The notes below the pieces were generated by a model that worked only from the letters and a program-made list of their open reading frames with translations, searched no databases and had not been told where the DNA came from. Below are positions 19,516 through 30,476 of a DNA stretch of 64,000 nt, one piece after another. This stretch comes from Salpingoeca rosetta (Eukaryota; Protista; Choanoflagellata): assembly GCA_033442325.1 (NCBI GenBank), contig JAWQFM010000001.1:101225-165224 (forward strand). The letters run 5' to 3'. The first letter of the stretch is position 1. Every line of letters begins with the position of its first letter. A program made the position numbers and the translations under genes.

Positions 19516-20169
19516 ATGCCCGTCGTCAGCGCAGGCGTTGTCAACGACCAAGCCCACCTCACCGGCAAGACGCGTGAGGAGGTGTTTGAGTACCTGGCCA
19601 ACTTTGACAACATTGCGTCGTGGGACCCGGGTTGCCTCAAGTCCAAGCGCGTTGACAGCGGACCCCTCAAGATTGGCTCATCCTTCGACCTGGTCACAGT
19701 CTTCAAGGGCACAGAGTCCAAGATGACGTGAGTGCAGTTGTGTGTGTGGGGGGGGGGGCATGCCAACGCAGGCAGATGCCCTCCCATGTGCGTGCAACTG
19801 GCGACCTCGTCAACAGTGTACGTGTGTGTGTGTGTGTGGATATGGATGCACGGCATACGCACTCACACACGACCCTTGTACCCCCCCCTCCCTTCTCTGC
19901 TCCTGTTGCCCCCTGCCAGGTACACAATCACAAAGCTCGATGCACCGAACGAGGTGGTGCTGGAGGGTGAATCTGCCATGGTGCGGGCCATTGATACCAT
20001 CAAGGTGCTCCCATCCCCTGACGATCCAAACAACGTTGTCGTTGATTACACAGCCGACCTCTCCCTCAAGGGCTGGCGCCGGCCCTTCATCCTCTTCCTC
20101 AAGAACGACCTCAACAAGCTCGGGAGGGATGCCATGGAAGGATTGGAAAAGGCAATCAACCCCAAATAG
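19516..20169 (+). CDS. SRPBCC (START/polyketide cyclase-dehydrase) superfamily protein
   Basis: Exons 19516-19727 and 19920-20169, about 153 aa: EEVFEYLANFDNIASWDPGCLKSKRVDSGPLKIGSSFDLV..MTYTITKLDAPNEVVLEG..VDYTADLSLKG. Ends in an amphipathic helix. Confidence 0.85.
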
Positions 20170-20170
20170 G

Positions 20171-20205
<35 letters not shown>

Positions 20206-20585
20206 GTTAACGGTATGTTCGCGGCATCATGCGCGTCGACACAGTGCTCTGGGGCGCCTGTGCCACGACAACTTGTGTGCGTGTGTGTGCATCGCTGTTG
20301 ACGCCATGCAGTTATTAACACGAGGCGTGGAACCGCGTGCTTGAACAGCCAAGGCTTTCGTCTCTATTTCTCTCTATTGTGCATGACTCGATGATTGGCA
20401 GCATGCTGCCGCTGTTAACAACACAAACAAACGCAATGAAATGACTACCAACAATGGCACCAGCGCAGGAAAGCCATGGCGCTGCAAACGTAATGCGTAA
20501 TGTAACACAGTCATGGCAATGGGAAGGGTGTAGATGTAACATGACACACACACACACACACTCACACACACACACTCGACCGCGT

Positions 20586-20885
20586 TCAAATGGTGATGAA
20601 GATTCGTTTCAAGAAGAGGTAACGGGCCAGCAGCATCCACACGCCAATGTACGCCAGCGTCCACAGCATGACCTGGTAGTTGTATGTCGGCTTGAATGGC
20701 CGCTCATCACCGTCGCCCCAGAACACACCCGTCGGCCACAGAATATTCGCCAGGTTGTTCTCCTACAGGTTTTCAGGGGAATGGAGGGGGAAGAGAGGTG
20801 TGTTGGATGAGGCGAGTTGCGATAAGAGCAGACACCACGCAAGAGTCACGCAAGAGTATGCGCGTGCCAGTATGGACATGCAGAC

Positions 20886-20929
<44 letters not shown>

Positions 20930-21254
20930 TGAGAGGCAGACAGACAGACAGACACACACAGACACACACACACACAGAGACACACACACACACCGGCTTG
21001 TTCCAGTAGAATGCGGCCAGGACGTAGGGGATGATGTCGCCCTCAGCGCAAAGGTACATCACAATGGCGTTCATGCCCATGTATCTGCACCCGCTCCACG
21101 CCCACTCGCCCACGTGCAGGCGATCAACGATGACATAAAACAACGCAAGCAGCACCCCGCCTGTGCCAGCTGTCACGAGCGTGTACGAGATGGAGTACAG
21201 GTCTGACAACGAAAGGCATCGCATGCGTTCGCGTGTGCAAAGAGGAGATACATC

Positions 21255-21322
<68 letters not shown>

Positions 21323-22418
21323 TGAGTGTGTGTGTGTGTGTGTGTGAGTGCGTTGCCATGCAGCGCCCGACATTTTTTTTTTGAAGCACAAGCACGCAGC
21401 AATCACATTCCTCTTCCCAAGCAAACACACACACGCACACGCACGAACACGCGCGCGCACCTGTGTTCATGACGAATGCGCCAGAAAAGTGGAGGGCAAA
21501 GCCGATGACCAACTGCACAACACCAAACGCCGTCCAGTGCACAATTCGCGCCTTTGGTGACTGCACTCGGCGCAGAACCTGGCATGTGTGTATGTGTGTT
21601 GGGTGTGTGGGGGGGGGGAGGCGGGGGCACGTAAGTGTCATGGAAGATTGGGTCCGATGAAGCAAGACTGCTGCTGAGCAAGCTTGAAAAGCGAGATACC
21701 ATTGTTCAAACACACACACACACACATATGTGAACTCACGTGACCGTAGTGAATGCCGATGACGGTTGCGATGATGGCGTTGAGGGAGGAAACGAGGCCC
21801 TCCGGGTCAAAGGGGCCGTGCAGACACCACGCCGGAGCATCCTCGGGCGGTACGCACTTGCCGGGCGAGCACGTGCTACACTCGGGAAGACGCTGGAAGG
21901 TCACGTCGTTGCCGCTCTTGTCGCCTGCACCGAGCGCAAATGGATTGAGGAGGAGGGAATGGGGGGGGGGATGTTGGGTGACGGAGAGTCACGGAGGGAT
22001 GAGCAACAACGGGGGGGGGGGGTGTTGGCGGTTGAATTATCGCACGGACAGGAATCGACGCAAACCTATACGAACACAATGAAAGCTCAGGTATGCCCAC
22101 CTGAAGACACACAGACACAGACACACAGACACAGACACACAGACACACACGCACGCACACAGAGACACGCACACACAGACACGCGCACACGCACCTCCGT
22201 TGGCGGGAAAGTACATGTGCTCAACAGTGAGCACGTTGCGATCAATGTAGGTGGCGGCGTTGCAGGCGGGGGTGAGCACGCCACGCCCACACTCTTCTCC
22301 AAACGCATCAGGGACATTCACGCCATACATGATGCCCGTGTGCGTCGCAAACAAGCACGCAGCCGTGAACCAGTGCCACTTGTACCGCCACAGCATGTGT
22401 AGCACATCCACGGCCCAC

Positions 22419-22483
<65 letters not shown>

Positions 22484-22937
22484 AAGGGAACAAGAGGTTA
22501 TTCTTGGACATTGGGAGTAGACAGACTTGATTCTGCTCACACATTACCATAAACAATCACAGACACAGACGCACACACACACACACACACACACAGACAT
22601 GTACACATACACACACATACACACACACACAGACACAGACACACAGACACACACAGACATGTACACATACACACACACAGCACGACCTACCTGTGACGGT
22701 GTCAGTCTCGTTGTAATTGCGGTATTTCTTGTTCCTTGGCAGGAAAATCTCCATGAGGGCCACAGCGTAGTAGCAGACAGCAACACGCTGCAAGATGCCC
22801 ATGATGCGAATGTGCGCCAGGTCGTAGTTCATAATGTCAATACCGCCTTGTGTCAGCATGCCGAGGATAAACAGCTTCAGGAAGCGGATTGTCGCTTTGC
22901 GCAGCGCAGGCCATACGCGCGGCGTCGTCGTCGCGTC

Positions 22938-23019
<82 letters not shown>

Positions 23020-23609
23020 GATAGTGGGGTGAATGCGGGTTTGTGATGGTGATGTGTTCTCGTGCACGAATGTGTGACAGAAAAACACACGCACACGCAC
23101 GCACGCACACGCACACAAATACACACACGCACACACACAAGCCTTCAAACAAACAAACAAAAAAAAAACAAAAAAACAACACCACACACACACAGGCATC
23201 CACGACGCACAATTACGCTGCACCATCACCTTCGAGGTCAAACTTCTTAAAGGAGAGGGCGAGGGAGACGCCGACAATAAAGTCGAAGAACGGCATGACG
23301 AAATCCGCCAGACGAACGCCATTCCACGGCGAGTGGTCGATTGGAGGGAACGCGGCACCCGTCTCATCCACTGCACGCGTGTGTATGTGTGTTCATCGGT
23401 GAAGGAGGCAGCAGCTGAGCACGACAAACACACGCACACGCACACGCACACGCACACACACACACATATGAAAGAGCGGTGGCCACATCGTGCAATGCAA
23501 CATCGAGGACAATGACAATGGCAGTTGTGGCTGTACCAAAGACCATGAGGGCAACAGTGAATCCGCGAAAGACATCCAGACTCGACAACCGCTCCTTTGG
23601 CAGCGACCG
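20586..23609 (-). other. HGSNAT: HGSNAT (heparan-alpha-glucosaminide N-acetyltransferase)-type transmembrane catalytic portion
   Basis: Exons 23609-23537, 23370-23230, 22936-22691, 22419-22195, 21924-21740, 21578-21461, 21202-20994, 20762-20586. Motifs: [20 protein letters not shown], catalytic-His motif [65 protein letters not shown]-terminus [11 protein letters not shown]. Confidence 0.95.
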
Positions 23610-23715
23610 CTGATCGATTTGTTGGGGGAGGGATGGATTGATAAGGTGGGGCAACGTCGAACGTCGAACACACCCGTTGTGCAAAGACACACACACACAC
23701 GCGCGCGCGCGCACG

Positions 23716-23807
<92 letters not shown>

Positions 23808-26480
23808 CACACACACACACACACGCACGCACGCACACACACACGCACGCACGCACGCACGCACGCACACACACGCACGCACGCACACACACACACGCAC
23901 ACACACACACACAGACACACACACGCACGCACGCAGACACACGCACAGACACACACACACACAGACACGCAGCAGACCTGTGCTGGTTGGGCGTCAAGGG
24001 TTCCCCGGGCTGAGGCCGATGCTGCCGTGTTTGACCGAGAGCGGGCAGCCGCCACTGCCGCTGATGATGACGATGTTGGTGGCGGTGGCGGTGTTGCTGC
24101 CATGCGACTGGCGCGCGAGAACGACGATGAAGCAGGACGCGTGTCTCCAACAGCAAGAAGTGGCACCTCGTCCTCATTTGTCTTCGCGTGCTGCACTGAA
24201 CCTGCAGCACACGTGTGTGTTCGCGATGACAGGAAACAAACACATGACAGAGAGAGGTAGTATATGTGTGTAGGTGTGTGTGTGTGTGTGTAAGTGTGTG
24301 TGTGTGTGTAAGTGTGTCGTGGAGAAGTTGGGTGAGGTGCACTGTGATCACGTGTGTGTTGCGTGGCAGTGAGATCAAAACAGACACTCGCATGCAATTC
24401 ACCTGCGGTGCCTGCAGCCACTGATTGCGCATTGAGTGTGTCGTCGCGTCCGCTGAAAAACACAGTGTGATTGCGCCACGTTGGTATGTATGAACGATGA
24501 GCCAAGGTCGTGCATGGTACACATCACACTTCAAACGCACGTGTCAAGCCACGTCTGCCCAGGAATGACGTGATGCAATGCGACTCACCGCACGCGAAAG
24601 CCAACGCCGAAGCAGGCGGCAAAAACCCATACAACCGCGACGCCCAGCAGGAATATGAACACCAGCAACGCTGCAATGCGCGGTGGAAGAGATGGGAACA
24701 GTCAATGCACTTGAGCTGTCAGTTTCACACTGTTGCGTGCACACACACATATGAATGCATAGACGAACGAACACACAAACACAAATGCACAAACACGCAG
24801 GGGCAAAAGGTGCGTGTACACAGTGCACAGCAATTTGCACATGATACAGTCAACTCACCTGACATTTCGCCAACGGTCATGTTGACACTGTGATGATGAG
24901 ACGAGGAAAGCTGGTGGATGTTCACATCCTGCGTGCGTGGTGTGGCGGTGAGAGCAAACGGGGGAAGCAGAGTGGTCAAACATGCGCGGTGGGTGTTTGG
25001 TCGAAGGCTCACGAGACGTACATGTGTGTGTGCGTGTGTGTATGTGTGTGTATGTGTGTGTATGTGTGTATGTGTGTGTGTGTGTATGTGTGTGTGTATG
25101 TGTGTATCTGTGTGTATGTGTGTGTGCGTGCATGCGTGCGCGCGTGCACAGGCGCGGAGTTTTGCGGTGACACACGAGTTGCCGCACACCTGCGCGTCGT
25201 GGCTGCAGTAGTCTGCCCAGATGGGACCGACAGGGATGCCGCGTGCAGCCATGCGACACCGATGCACGCCTGAAAGGGGAAGTGGGGAATGAACGGTGGA
25301 TGGGGTGATCGGTAACCTGAGAGAATATGTTCATACACACACACTAGCATACACGAGAACGCATCGACACACACACACACACACACTCATACACACATAT
25401 GCACGCACACACACACATCGACACACACGCGCGCGCGCATACACACACACACATGTGCACGCGCGCGCATGCGCACACATACACACGCGCACATGCATGT
25501 GAGCATGCCCACGTGCCCACGGACCGATGCGCTGTGCCGCGTCGAAATGATCTGTTGCGTTTTGATTCCATAGTCGTTCGGCTGCGGCGAGAGCACGCGG
25601 CCACACCCGCGCATCAATGCTGAGATCAGACACCTACAGACGATGAGCAGTGCACGGGCAACCATGGTTGAGTTCTGTAGGCTCACTCAACGTGCTGAAA
25701 CAGTAAATACATGTACAAACGCAGCTACACGCGCGCATTCATCCATCAACAGCAACATCATCACCATCATGACGATGCCATGGCACACCTGCTCGCTCCA
25801 CATTGGCGCTTCGCCCCCGAGAATACGGCCGCCGCCCGCTGGTGCCCGTGGAAATGCAACCGCGTACATGTCTGCCCACGTGTCCAGCCAGAACCAGTGC
25901 GTCATGTTGCCGTATGGCACCTTGTGTTGGTTTTGTGTTGTGTTGTGTTGTGTTGTGTTGTATTGATTTTGTGTGTGCACGCGTAGGAGAATGTGGTGGC
26001 AATCAGCACGGTGAAATGGAGAGGTCAACAGGAATGATGTGTGAGAACACTTCAGAAGCACATACACACAAGCTTGCAACGTGTGCGTACGCACGCACAC
26101 ACGCACACACACACACACACACGCACGCACGCACACAAATACAGACACACGCAACAGCACACCTGCCGGTCGAGGTACCATCCGCTGGCGAAGAGGACGT
26201 CGTGTCCGGCGCGGAGTGCGCGCTCCAGCAAAGTCGGGTCGTCCCACACCTCCACGACGACAGATGTGTCGAGGTGGTCGTGCATGTCGGTGAAGGCCTC
26301 ATCCCACACAACAGCGCGGCGATTGTGTGTGCGCAGCATCGCAAACAGGCGTTGCTCAAAGTACACCTGGGTGGATAATGTATGATCATGGGTGAGGTGG
26401 GTGCTGTTGCATGGGCGGTGGAAAGCGCTCGTATTGAACCACCCAAAGCAAAACAGCAGCACGTGGGAAAGGAAAACAGC

Positions 26481-26526
<46 letters not shown>

Positions 26527-26715
26527 CGCGAGCGTGTGTGTGTATATGTGTATGTGTGTGTGCCTCATTGTTAAAGGCAGCATTGACATGACTATCATTA
26601 GCGCGTTTACCTCGAGCTGCTGCTCCGAAGAAATGTTGTTCTTCTTCATCCAATCTTGAATATCCTGTTGCCACGTCACAAACAACAACCAAAAACATGG
26701 ACTCATGTGAGTTCG

Positions 26716-26760
<45 letters not shown>

Positions 26761-27243
26761 ATACATGCATGTGTGTGTGTGTGCATGCCTTCATATGTGT
26801 ACCTGGTTGGCGCGCCAGCATTCGTACTGGACTTCATCGCCACCAACGTGCAGCATTGCGTCAGGAAACAGGGACGTCGTCTCTGCCAAGACATCCTCCA
26901 GCACCTGAGAACATCACGGTGGTTAGGAATGCGTGATTGCATGGCAACGAGTGACAGCACATGTGTGTATGTGTGTACGTCTGCGTCTGCGTCTGCGTCT
27001 GCATGTGAACACAATTGCGTCCATGCGCATATCTAGCCCTTTGTGCCTGCACACGAGCACGAACCTGGTACGTCAACTCCTTCGTCGGATCCAGAGGAAC
27101 GACGTTGATGGGCCCAATGTCCGTTGTGTGAATCTTCGGACACTCAACCGTGATGTCAGGATAGGCCAGGCCCCAGCTGCAGCCCATGCAAGGCCGATGC
27201 ACAGGCAAGTGTGTGTGTGTGTGCGTGTGTGTGGGCGTGTGTG

Positions 27244-27320
<77 letters not shown>

Positions 27321-28234
27321 GTGTGTGTGTGAAGGTGGTGCATGCTGCAATGTCACAAGTGATGGGTGCATCATACGGTCATAGGAACAGACAAAGGAAC
27401 AGCAATGCGTTTTTACTTCATCGAATTTGCGTGACTACATGACAGCGTCGCACCTGTACGCGTGTCCGGGGACGTCAATCTCTGGAATGACGCGAATGCC
27501 GCGCTGTTGCGCGTATTCCTGCACCGCTCGCATGTCTGCGCGCGTGTACACCGTGGTGTTGCTCCACGCACCGCGGCGGCTGAGCATGGGGCGGCTCGGC
27601 ACCTGGGAAGAGCAGGGGACACGTGGAGGATGACGGTGGTCGTGGGTGGGGTGTGCATGCTGGTCAGGAGCAAAGTGCAAAGATATATGCAAGGATGCAA
27701 GGGTGGGCACACTCGTGTATACACGGCACATTCGCACCTACAGCACAAGCTTACACACAGACACACAGACACACAGACACACACAGACACACAGACACAC
27801 ACACAAAAAAACACAAACGCAGGCACACACAGACACACACACACACCCGCCTCTCAGCAGACCTGCATGGGGAATGAGTACGAGTCGACGAGGTGCCAGT
27901 GGAGCGTGTTCATCTTGACAGCAACCATGCCATCCAACAGCCGTTTGATCGCCGGCACCCCGATAAAGTGGTTGGCCGAGTCCACCATGATGCCTGTGAT
28001 ACATGTTCATGGCGGCATCCAGGCAGGGGTTGGCGTTGGGCGGGTGCACACGGGCAACGTGTTCACGTGTCACACGCCATATCCTCCCGTTGCCCAAAGA
28101 GCCAAACCACCCACCCACCCACCCACCACCACCACCACATACAACACGCACACACACGCACACACAACACACACACACACAACACACAACACACGCGCAC
28201 GCACACAACACACGCACACAACACGCACGCACAC

Positions 28235-28266
<32 letters not shown>

Positions 28267-30339
28267 GCACACAACACTAGTTTCTCTCCCCCATCCTTCA
28301 CTTCACCTCGCATCGGGTAGCTTGGCTCGTCCCAAATCTCCAGCGGGGCGTCTGTTCATTGGTAACACGGGTCGGAGCACGTGCACGCACTGTGAGGGCA
28401 GCATGCTCATGAACGTGTGGCCAGTCGCGATCGCTTTGCGGCAGATACGTGGTGCGCATGTATGCACGTGCACACACGGCGAGAAAGCAGCGTGACCGCC
28501 TTGGAATCGACGACAGGATACACAACAGTACTCACGCGAGATGGTGTGGGCACTCGTCACGTCGTTGAACATGATGACCTGGGATAGAGTTTCTAGCGCA
28601 TACATTGCGCCCCAGCTGGCAGAATCGATGATAGCACACCAAGGCATGCGCAAACCTCAAAGATGAGCTTGTGAGGAGCATTGCTTGGCAGGCACAGGCC
28701 GTGCCAGCGTGCAAATTTGTGTGGGCGTGCGTGTGTGTATATGGGTGTGTGTGTGTGTGTGTGCATGCGAGTGTGTGTGTATGGGTGTGTGTGTGCATGC
28801 GAGTGTGTGTGTATGGGTGTGTGTATGTGTGTGTGTGTGTAGTGGTGGGGGGTATGTCGTAGTGTCGGTGTGTGTGTATCCAGAGGCGTTTATGTAGAAA
28901 TGTGGTACGGGAGTGTGGGTTAAGTGTGCCAAATGAACGCTGGGATATGCGAACGCCCCACACTGACGCATACGGCAGAGACCTTATAACGCCCCTGCTA
29001 GAGTCTAGCGACCATTACCGTCACGTACGGGGTATATGTGGGGGGGGGGTGTGCATGCGGGTGTGTGTGTGTGGGTGTGTGTATGTGTGTGTGTATGTGG
29101 GGGGGGGGGTGTGCATGCGGGTGTGTGTGTGTGTGTGATGATATGCCATGTGCTAGTGGTTGCATTCCGCTTACATGGTTTGGGCTGTGATGTGGGTGGT
29201 GGGGCTCGTGACGTTGAGGAAATACGATTCGTTGGACGCAACATGCTTCAGCGTCTCCGTGTCGTCGAGGACTGAGATGGACACCGTTGTCAGGTAAGGA
29301 ACTGCGCGCGAGCCTGCACGCATGCGCGTGATTGAAGTGATCATGTACACGCAATGGGAACAGACAAGTAAGGGTGCGAAATATTGATCGTGTCCGTGGT
29401 CGGCAGCAGCACCAAACAGCAGCTTGTACGTGTTTTAACGGACAACTTGCATGGCACTTGCTTTCTGCGGAGACACTGACCATTCTTGCTGGGGCTAGCT
29501 GCGCTCGCATCAAGCGTGTCTGGCCAGCCGGCCTTCATGTGAGGTTCCAGGTCCCCTCGATGCCTGTGCACAAACTGTGATGTGTTGGACGTGAGAGTGT
29601 TTTGAATACAATGCCCGAGTGCCGGTCAGTGCAAATAGTGTGAGCAGTTGGACATCGCATGCAGCGACCTTGCCAGCCAGCATGTGCCCCTTCTTCTTCT
29701 TCGTCTTTTTCTCGTGTTCCCACAAACGGTACAGCAGCAACGGCCGTTGCGCTCTTCGTGTGCATCTTCACTGACCTTTGTGAGAAGTAGATCTGAATAA
29801 CGGTCGATGGCTTGCTGTAGCACAGTATTGGATGAGTTGCTATTGATTTGCAGCGCTGGGTGCACCGACTGCGTGTGTGTTTATGTGTGTGTGTGTGTGT
29901 GTGTTGGGGTGAGTGAGCAAGTGTGCGCAAGTGAGATATGTGTGTGTGTGTGTGTGTGTGCGTGAGTGAGCGAACGCGTGTGAGTGTACGCAAACATCCA
30001 TGTACACAAACATCTTTGTACACAAACATCTATGTACAAACATCTATGTACACAAACATCTGTGTACGCAAACATGTGTGAACTCTTCCAACACAATCCA
30101 ATACGCAGCAGCACACCAGATTCCACAGTCACTCGGCACAAACTCACGATGGTTGTGCTGTGTGTCCTGCAACGCGTGGGCTTTGGCCACACTGTAGCAA
30201 TCCCATCGCACCCGCCCGTGCTCACAACAGCTCCTGCTGAGCATAATGGCACCACTGTTGTGGCCAGCGCCACCAGCGCCACAACCGCCAGCAGGACCGC
30301 TCGCACACAACACACTTCTCCACAACACCGCAGCAGCAT
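20586..30339 (-). CDS. Putative fusion protein: signal peptide + GH20 beta-N-acetylhexosaminidase + TM helix + linker + HGSNAT-type transmembrane N-acetyltransferase
   Basis: One continuous phase-consistent splice path runs from ATG 30339 to TGA 20586. Bridging exons are 25269-25190, 24928-24859, 24670-24589, 24452-24403, 24201-23978 and 23609-23537, all GT..AG. There is no stop after the GH20 C-terminal motif. Confidence 0.75.
25190..30339 (-). other. GH20 beta-hexosaminidase portion (HEXA/HEXB-like)
   Basis: Signal peptide [13 protein letters not shown]. Motifs: [79 protein letters not shown], catalytic HVGGDEV (about 26830-26850), [48 protein letters not shown]. Confidence 0.96.
29985..30075. 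repeat. About 16-bp minisatellite (TGTACACAAACATCTN) x5-6 in intron 1 of the hexosaminidase gene
   Basis: Tandem imperfect copies visible directly in the sequence. Confidence 0.85.
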
Positions 30340-30476
30340 CGTCAACCAAAACAACGGTTTGCGACAACACAAAATAAAAGCGACTGCCTGCACGCACTCG
30401 TCGCATGCGCTCCTTCTTCCACTCCTTCCTTGCCTCTTCACACGCGAAGGCTCCACCCACGAACGATCATAGGATC

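Noticed and set aside
22837-24540. 567-aa ORF and the many other VCVC/HTHT ORFs
   Set aside because: Open only because dinucleotide microsatellites lack stop codons; they cross introns.
29985-30075. CRISPR-like repeat
   Set aside because: Tandem minisatellite with no unique spacers, in a eukaryotic intron, with no cas genes.
30340-30476. CLEAR/TFEB E-box upstream of the lysosomal fusion gene
   Set aside because: No TCACGTGA-like motif seen in the spacer.
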